Assembly: GCA_012270135.1 (NCBI GenBank)
Contig: JAAXIW010000239.1
Coordinates: forward strand, 1-61,744
From: Brevundimonas sp.
GTDB lineage: Bacteria; Pseudomonadota; Alphaproteobacteria; Caulobacterales; Caulobacteraceae
Reading direction: 5' to 3'
DNA length: 61,744 nt
A program made the position numbers and the translations under genes. Positions 55,589 through 61,744 of this stretch are shown piece after piece (the stretch's first letter is position 1; the number at the start of each line of letters is the position of its first letter). The notes beneath the pieces were generated by a model, which worked only from the letters and a program-made list of their open reading frames with translations, made no database searches and had not been told where the DNA came from.

Positions 55589-57943
55589 ATGGCTACGTCA
55601 TCCCATTCCCATCCCGCCGGTCACGGCTGTTGTTCGAACAAGACGCCTCAAGCCGGCGCCCAGGCGATCGATCCGGTCTGCGGCATGACCGTCGATCCGG
55701 CGACCACGGCGCATGGGGCCGCCCACGCGGGGGAGGAGTATGTCTTCTGTTCGGCGGGCTGCCGGACCAAATTCGTGGACGATCCGGATCGCTATCTCGG
55801 CGAGCGGCCCGAACCGGCTCCCGTCACGCCCGGTGCGATCTACACCTGTCCGATGCATCCCGAGGTGCGCCAGGAGGGACCGGGCTCCTGTCCGATCTGC
55901 GGCATGGCGCTGGAGCCGGAGACCGTCACCGCCGAGGCTCCGGTCAATCACGAACTGATCGACTTCACCCGTCGCCTGTGGATCGGCGCGGTTCTGACGC
56001 TGCCGGTCTTCGCGCTCGAAATGGGCGGCCATCTGACCGGGCTGGCGATGCGGATTCCGGGCCAGACCTCCAACTGGATCCAGTTCGCCCTGGCGACGCC
56101 GGTCGTGCTGTGGTCCGGCTGGCCGTTCTTCCAGAGGGGCTGGGCGTCCATCCGCAATCGCAGCCTCAACATGTTCACCCTGATCGCCATCGGCGTCGGT
56201 GCGGCCTGGATCTACAGCGTGGTCGCGGTTCTGGCGCCGCATCTGTTCCCGGCGGCGGTCCGGCGGATGGACGGCAGCGCGCCGGTCTATTTCGAGGCGG
56301 CGGCCATCATCACCGTCCTGGTGCTGGTCGGCCAGATCCTGGAGCTTCGGGCGCGCGAACAGACGTCGGGGGCCATCAGGGCCCTGCTGGACCTCGCCCC
56401 GAAGACCGCGCGGCGCGTCCGCAACGACGGCGGCGATGAGGACGTCACCCTCGATCTGGTCGCTGTGGGAGATCGGCTGCGCGTCCGTCCCGGCGAGAAG
56501 GTGGCGGTCGACGGAGAGATCTTGGACGGCCGGGTCACCCTCGACGAGTCCCTCGTCACGGGTGAATCCATGCCGGTGACCAAGGACGTCGGCGACAAGG
56601 TCGTCGCCGGGTCGCTCAACAAGACCGGCTCGTTCGTCATGCGAGCCGACAAGGTGGGCGCCGACACCCTCCTGGCGCAGATCGTCCAGATGGTGGCGCA
56701 GGCCCAACGCAGCCGCGCGCCGATCCAGCGGCTGGCCGACAAGGTGTCGGGCTGGTTCGTTCCGGCCGTGATCGGGATCGCCGTTCTCGCCGCGATCGTC
56801 TGGGGCCTGGCCGGCCCCGAACCGCGGCTGTCCTACGCCCTCGTCGCCGCGGTCTCCGTGCTGATCATCGCCTGTCCGTGCGCCCTGGGCTTGGCCACGC
56901 CGATCTCCATCATGGTCGGGGTGGGGCGCGGCGCTCACGCCGGGGTGCTCATCAAGAACGCCGAGGCGCTGGAGCGCTTCGAGAAGGTGGACACCCTGGT
57001 GCTCGACAAAACCGGCACCCTGACGGAGGGGCGCCCCTCGGTGACGGCCGTCCGGCCAGCCGACGGGTTCGACGAGGCCGAGCTTCTGAGACTTTCCGCC
57101 AGTCTTGAGCGGAGCAGCGAGCATCCGCTGGCGGACGCCGTCGTTCGGGCGGCGAGCGACCAAAATCTGGTTCTGTCCGAGGCGTCGGACTTCGACAGCC
57201 CCGTCGGGCGCGGCGTCACCGGGGTCGTCGACGGCCGCCGCGTGGCGCTCGGCAACAGCCGCTATCTGGCCGAGATCGGCGTCGACGTCGGGCCTCTGGA
57301 AGCCGGGGCCGATACGCTTCGCCAAGACGGCGCGACCGCCATCTTCGTCGCCGTGGACGGGGCTGCGGCCGGCGTGCTGGGCATCGCCGATCCGGTCAAG
57401 GCGACGACCGCCGAGGCCATCCGCGATCTGAAGGCGTCGGGGCTGCGTCTGGTGATGATGACCGGCGACAACCGTACAACGGCGGAGGCGGTGGCGCGCC
57501 GGCTCGGCATAGACGACGTTCAGGCCGAGGTTCTGCCCCAGGACAAGGCGGCGGTCGTCGAGCGGCTGAGAGCGGAGGGTCGGATCGTCGCCATGGCCGG
57601 AGACGGTGTGAACGACGCCCCGGCCCTGGCCGCCGCCGACGTGGGGGTGGCCATGGGCGCCGGCTCGGACGTCGCGATCGAGAGCGCCGGGGTCACCCTT
57701 CTCGGCGGCGATCTCCAGGGCCTCGTCCGGGCGCGCAAACTGTCCCGTGCGGTGATGAGCAACATCCGCCAGAACCTGGTCTTCGCCTTCGGTTACAACA
57801 CCCTCGGCATTCCGATCGCGGCGGGACTGCTCTACCCGGTCTCCGGCCTCCTATTATCGCCGGCCCTGGCGGCGTTGGCGATGGCCCTGTCCTCCGTCAG
57901 TGTGATCGCCAACGCGCTGCGGCTCCGGGCCGTCCGACTCTGA
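55589..57943 (+). CDS. Cu(I)/Ag(I) P1B-type ATPase with YHS and HMBD domains
   Basis: [46 protein letters not shown]. Confidence 0.95.
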   Translation: MATSSHSHPAGHGCCSNKTPQAGAQAIDPVCGMTVDPATTAHGAAHAGEEYVFCSAGCRTKFVDDPDRYLGERPEPAPVTPGAIYTCPMHPEVRQEGPGSCPICGMALEPETVTAEAPVNHELIDFTRRLWIGAVLTLPVFALEMGGHLTGLAMRIPGQTSNWIQFALATPVVLWSGWPFFQRGWASIRNRSLNMFTLIAIGVGAAWIYSVVAVLAPHLFPAAVRRMDGSAPVYFEAAAIITVLVLVGQILELRAREQTSGAIRALLDLAPKTARRVRNDGGDEDVTLDLVAVGDRLRVRPGEKVAVDGEILDGRVTLDESLVTGESMPVTKDVGDKVVAGSLNKTGSFVMRADKVGADTLLAQIVQMVAQAQRSRAPIQRLADKVSGWFVPAVIGIAVLAAIVWGLAGPEPRLSYALVAAVSVLIIACPCALGLATPISIMVGVGRGAHAGVLIKNAEALERFEKVDTLVLDKTGTLTEGRPSVTAVRPADGFDEAELLRLSASLERSSEHPLADAVVRAASDQNLVLSEASDFDSPVGRGVTGVVDGRRVALGNSRYLAEIGVDVGPLEAGADTLRQDGATAIFVAVDGAAAGVLGIADPVKATTAEAIRDLKASGLRLVMMTGDNRTTAEAVARRLGIDDVQAEVLPQDKAAVVERLRAEGRIVAMAGDGVNDAPALAAADVGVAMGAGSDVAIESAGVTLLGGDLQGLVRARKLSRAVMSNIRQNLVFAFGYNTLGIPIAAGLLYPVSGLLLSPALAALAMALSSVSVIANALRLRAVRL

Positions 57944-58218
57944 TGGACGTCCCATGGCCAGAAGGCCGTCGCAGACGAGAGCCGCGGCGGGCGCCAATAC
58001 GCATTCCGGCGACCGATCCCTCGCCTGATCCAACGGCGTTCGGGAATATTTAATCACGGCGGAACCGTGGCTCCGGGGCCGGATTACGCTGGACGATGTC
58101 CGGCGTGGGCAGTCGGGGCAAGGGACCAAACTCGCACCCGCCGCAACGTTGTCGGACGCATCGATCGTCTGGCCGTCCGGCGATCCGCCGGCGACCCCCT
58201 CAAGCGGAGAGACTCCCT

Positions 58219-58899
58219 ATGCTCACCCCGACTTTCACCCGCACGTCTCTCTTGGTCGCCGGCTGTTCCGCTCTCGTTCTGGCGGCCTGCAGCCCGGCGG
58301 CGGAACCGCCGCCGAACACGGAGGCCGAAGCCTCGGCTCAGACGCAGGAGCCGATGGCCATGGCGCAGACTCCGTTCTCCGCCGCCGAGGCCAAGATGCA
58401 CGAGGCCATGATGTCCGCCATGGGCGCGGATGCGGGCGAGACATGGGCCCGCAAGATGATCCCTCACCACCAGGGCGCGCTGGACATGTCCGAGATCGTG
58501 CTGAGGGACACACAGGACGCGGATATCCGTCGCATGGCCCAGAAGACCATCGAGATGCAGCCCGGCGACATCGCCGAGCTGCGGCGCTGGCTTGAAACGA
58601 ACGTGGGCGCCGCCGCCGGCGCGGCGGCTCCAGGCGGAAGCGCGGAAAATCCATACGCGACGGCCGAGGCCGAGATGAAGGACGCCATGATGGCCGCGAC
58701 CGGGGCCGACACGGACCAGACCTGGGCTCGCAAGATGATCGCGCATCACCAGGGCGCCCTCGACATGGCCCAGGTGGTGTTGCGCGAAAGTCAGGACGCC
58801 GACATCCGGCGCATGGCGCAGAAAACGATCGAGATGCAGACCGCCGACATCGCCGAGTTGCGCGCCTGGCTGGACTCCCATCCGGCCGGCGCCGCCTGA
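58219..58899 (+). CDS. Tandem DUF305 (CopM-like) lipoprotein
   Basis: LAAC lipobox; two copies of TWARKMIxHHQGALDM...IRRMAQKTIEMQ. Confidence 0.85.
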   Translation: MLTPTFTRTSLLVAGCSALVLAACSPAAEPPPNTEAEASAQTQEPMAMAQTPFSAAEAKMHEAMMSAMGADAGETWARKMIPHHQGALDMSEIVLRDTQDADIRRMAQKTIEMQPGDIAELRRWLETNVGAAAGAAAPGGSAENPYATAEAEMKDAMMAATGADTDQTWARKMIAHHQGALDMAQVVLRESQDADIRRMAQKTIEMQTADIAELRAWLDSHPAGAA

Positions 58900-58948
58900 T
58901 TGGCGATCGGAATGTGATTGAAGAGCGTTGTCGCGAAAGGACCGATCC

Positions 58949-59440
58949 ATGGAAAAGATGAAGACGATGGACTCAAAGATGAAGACGATGGACTCGATGA
59001 AGGGGAGCTACCGTTCCTTCGGCGTCGAGCTCATCGTGGATTTCATCATCATGTACCTGGTGATGTACACGATGATCGCGTCCCTCAATCACTTCTATTT
59101 CAACCTCAACAACGTCTACATGACGCTGATGATGGTGTCGCCGATGGCCATCCTCATGCTGATCTTCATGCGATCGATGTATCCGTCGAAACGGACCAAC
59201 CTTCTGATCGGCGGAGCCGCCGCCCTGGTGTTCGCGGTGAGCTTCTACGGCATGCGGACCCAGGCGGCGGTGGGCGACACCGAGTTCTTGAAATCGATGA
59301 TCCCGCACCATTCCGGCGCCATCCTGATGTGTCAGCAGGCCTCGCTGACGGATCCGGAAGTGCTGGGTCTGTGCGAGGAGATCGTCAGCTCCCAGGAGAG
59401 GGAGATCGCCCAGATGAAAGCCATCCTGGCGAGGCGCTGA
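58949..59440 (+). CDS. DUF305-domain membrane protein
   Basis: Met-rich TM region; FLKSMIPHHSGAILMC, SQEREIAQM. Confidence 0.85.
   Translation: MEKMKTMDSKMKTMDSMKGSYRSFGVELIVDFIIMYLVMYTMIASLNHFYFNLNNVYMTLMMVSPMAILMLIFMRSMYPSKRTNLLIGGAAALVFAVSFYGMRTQAAVGDTEFLKSMIPHHSGAILMCQQASLTDPEVLGLCEEIVSSQEREIAQMKAILARR
58954..58995 (+). repeat. 21-bp tandem duplication
   Basis: AAAGATGAAGACGATGGACTC twice, encoding KMKTMDS twice. Confidence 0.9.
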
Positions 59441-59577
59441 TCCAGCGCCAGGCGACGGGAGTTTCCGGCCCGGTCGGCTCTGCGGCAGCGTGTCGCGAGG
59501 GCCGACCGGGTCGCCTGCGTAAAACCCTATAGATCGTCGCCTCGCCGAGGCGCGGTTCTGACTTTGAGGAGTATCTT

Positions 59578-61449
59578 ATGAAGCTGGATCGTCGACTGCT
59601 GCTGCGCGGCGCCGTCGCGGGCGGCGGTCTCGCCGCCTTGCAGGGCCTGATGCCCGCCTGGGCGCAGACGGGCTCGCCGGGGCTGCGGTCGGACCTGCCT
59701 ACCCTGACTGGGCCGAATATCGATCTGACCATCGGTCAGACGCCCTTCACCGTGAACGGGCGCACCGCGACGGCCACGACCATCAACGGCGTGCTGCCGG
59801 CGCCGGTGTTGCGGCTGCGCGAAGGCCAGAACGTCCGTCTGGCGGTGACGAACACCCTGGACGAAGACACCTCGATCCACTGGCATGGGATTCTTCTACC
59901 CTTCCAGATGGACGGGGTGCCCGGGATCAGCTTCCCAGGCATCAAGCCGCGCGAGACCTTCGTCTACGAGTTTCCGATCAGGCAGTCCGGCACCTTCTGG
60001 TATCACAGCCACTCCGGCCTGCAGGAGGCGCTCGGCCACTACGGGCCGATCGTCATCGATCCGGCCGGCGCCGATCCGGTCGCCTACGACCGCGAGCATG
60101 TGCTGGTCCTGTCGGACTGGAGTTTCATGCATCCGCACGAAATCCTCGACAAGCTGAAGAAGAGCCCCGGCTACTTCAACCGGCAGCGCACGACCCTGGC
60201 GGGCCTCTTCTCCGGCGAGGACCGCATGAGCCTGGAGGAACGGCGCATGTGGGGCCAGATGCGGATGGACCCGCGCGACATCCTCGACGTGAATGGGACG
60301 ACCTACACCTATCTGATCAATGGACACGGCCCGCAGGAGAACTGGACCGGCCTGTTCCGACCCGGCGAACGGGTGCGACTGCGCATCATCAACGCCTCGG
60401 CCATGTCGATCTTCAACGTCCGCATCCCCGGCCTGTCGATGACCGTGGTCCAGGCCGACGGCGAGAACGTGCGCCCGGTCGAGACCGATGAGTTCCAGAT
60501 TTCGGTGGCGGAGACCTACGACGTCATCGTCCGCCCGACCGAGGACCGGGCCTACACCATCGTGTCCGAAGCCATCGACCGATCGGGAATGGGGCGGGCG
60601 ACCCTGGCGCCACGCCTCGGCATGACCGCCGAGGTCCCGCCGCTCCGCGAGGTTCCCAATCTGACCATGAAGGACATGGGCATGGGGGACATGGGCGGCA
60701 TGGGCGGAATGGGCGGCATGGACCACGGCTCCATGGGGGGCCAGCCGGGCGGCGCCATGGCGGGAATGGATCATGGGGCCATGACCGGCGCTTCCGGCGG
60801 CGCCATGGCGGGGATGGATCACGGCGCCATGGCGACCCAGTCCACCGGTGCGATGACCGGGATGGATCACGGCTCCATGGCCGGCATGAACATGCGCGAT
60901 CCCGCCAACGCGCCGCCGGACATGGCGGTGGGCGTCGGCGTCGACGCCATCGCCATGGCGCCGGCCAACCGCATGGGCGAGCGCCCGACGGGGTTGGCCG
61001 ACGTACCCCACCGCGTACTGGTCTACACCGACCTGGTCTCGCTGACGCCCAACAAGGACCAGCGTCCGCCGTCGCGGACCATGGAGATCCACCTGACCGG
61101 CAATATGGAGCGGTTCATGTGGGGCTTCGACGGGAGGAAGTTCAGCGAACTGGTCGAGCCGATCCGCTTCGAGCGGAACGAGCGGGTGCGGGTGACCCTG
61201 GTCAACGACACCATGATGGCCCACCCGATCCATCTGCACGGCCACTTCTTCGAGCTGGTGACCGGCGGACCGGCGGGTCACCAACCGCTGAAGCATACGG
61301 TCAACGTTCTCCCCGGCGGCAAGGTCACCTTCGACCTGACCGCCGACAACCCCGGGGACTGGGCCTTCCACTGTCACATGCTGATGCACATGCACGCGGG
61401 CATGTTCAACGTCGTCACCGTCCGCCCCATGGCAGGAGCCTCGTCATGA
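59578..61449 (+). CDS. copA: Copper-resistance multicopper oxidase CopA
   Basis: Tat RR signal; IHWHG, WYHSH, HPIHLHG, HCHMLMHM; Met-rich MAGMDHG repeats. Confidence 0.95.
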   Translation: MKLDRRLLLRGAVAGGGLAALQGLMPAWAQTGSPGLRSDLPTLTGPNIDLTIGQTPFTVNGRTATATTINGVLPAPVLRLREGQNVRLAVTNTLDEDTSIHWHGILLPFQMDGVPGISFPGIKPRETFVYEFPIRQSGTFWYHSHSGLQEALGHYGPIVIDPAGADPVAYDREHVLVLSDWSFMHPHEILDKLKKSPGYFNRQRTTLAGLFSGEDRMSLEERRMWGQMRMDPRDILDVNGTTYTYLINGHGPQENWTGLFRPGERVRLRIINASAMSIFNVRIPGLSMTVVQADGENVRPVETDEFQISVAETYDVIVRPTEDRAYTIVSEAIDRSGMGRATLAPRLGMTAEVPPLREVPNLTMKDMGMGDMGGMGGMGGMDHGSMGGQPGGAMAGMDHGAMTGASGGAMAGMDHGAMATQSTGAMTGMDHGSMAGMNMRDPANAPPDMAVGVGVDAIAMAPANRMGERPTGLADVPHRVLVYTDLVSLTPNKDQRPPSRTMEIHLTGNMERFMWGFDGRKFSELVEPIRFERNERVRVTLVNDTMMAHPIHLHGHFFELVTGGPAGHQPLKHTVNVLPGGKVTFDLTADNPGDWAFHCHMLMHMHAGMFNVVTVRPMAGASS

Positions 61450-61744
61450 TCCGTCGGTCCGTGGGTCTCGTCCCTCTGCTCCTCGCGGCTTCGGCCGGCC
61501 CGGTGTTCGCCCAGAGCCACGCCGGGCACGGCGCGGCGGCTAACGCCGTCCAGCCTTCCGTCCAGCTGCCCGCCGGGTGCGTCCGGCGCGGCGCGGCGAC
61601 CGCGGATCCGTCCCGCGTCGGAACGCCCGGGGCGCCGGTCTGCCCGACCGGCGCCGTGCCCGAGCGCGCGCCGGCGGCGGCGGATCCGCACGCCGGGCAC
61701 GACATGTCGACGATGCGGCAGACCGCGCCCGCGCCGGCCATGCC
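61446..61744 (+). CDS. copB: Copper resistance protein CopB, 5' part
   Basis: ATG overlaps the copA stop; signal peptide then HAGH and DPHAGHDM motifs; runs off the window. Confidence 0.75.
   Translation, partial: MIRRSVGLVPLLLAASAGPVFAQSHAGHGAAANAVQPSVQLPAGCVRRGAATADPSRVGTPGAPVCPTGAVPERAPAAADPHAGHDMSTMRQTAPAPAM

Noticed and set aside
58440-58870. Long direct repeat inside the DUF305 gene
   Set aside because: Ordinary internal domain duplication
60670-60895. Repeated ATGGATCACGGC-like units as a CRISPR or novel repeat
   Set aside because: In-frame Met/His-rich MAGMDHG repeats typical of CopA multicopper oxidases
1-61744. Integrase, transposase, att sites, rep genes, tRNA/rRNA, CRISPR arrays
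   Set aside because: None recognised by eye, so ICE versus plasmid and the element boundaries cannot be decided

Overview
High-GC alphaproteobacterial DNA (gene content and style suggest Brevundimonas/Caulobacteraceae). It looks like part of a large conjugative genomic island or plasmid carrying heavy-metal cargo; no integrase, att site or replicon is visible in this window. Left arm (1-15.3 kb): czcCBA RND efflux, CDF transporters (dmeF broken), RcnR/CsoR regulator, yybP-ykoY riboswitch with mntP, a MerR/MerT-like/GDCCVxC module, a bleomycin-resistance protein, a HEPN gene pair and a flavoprotein disulfide reductase. Centre (15.6-34 kb): DUF736 and ardC leading region, an RP4-type oriT, mobC, VirD2-like relaxase, an AbiE type IV toxin-antitoxin pair and a complete virB1-virB11/virD4 T4SS. 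Next (34-46 kb): a lasso peptide cluster (GntR, precursor A, protease B, cyclase C, isopeptidase, TonB transducer, FecR, ECF sigma). Right arm: copCD, a siderophore-type TonB receptor with PepSY protein, csoR, Cu P-type ATPase, DUF305 proteins and copAB. Top finding: the lasso precursor (35669-35986) is one 105-aa ORF carrying three tandem leader-plus-core units, each with Thr at -2, Ala1, Glu9 and an aromatic residue at position 16. This is a multi-core lasso precursor, an arrangement I do not know from characterised lasso systems. Second finding: a CutF-like leader ORF whose stop codon pairs with the Shine-Dalgarno of a downstream small Cys-rich secreted protein. All family calls come from motif recognition by eye, not database searches.
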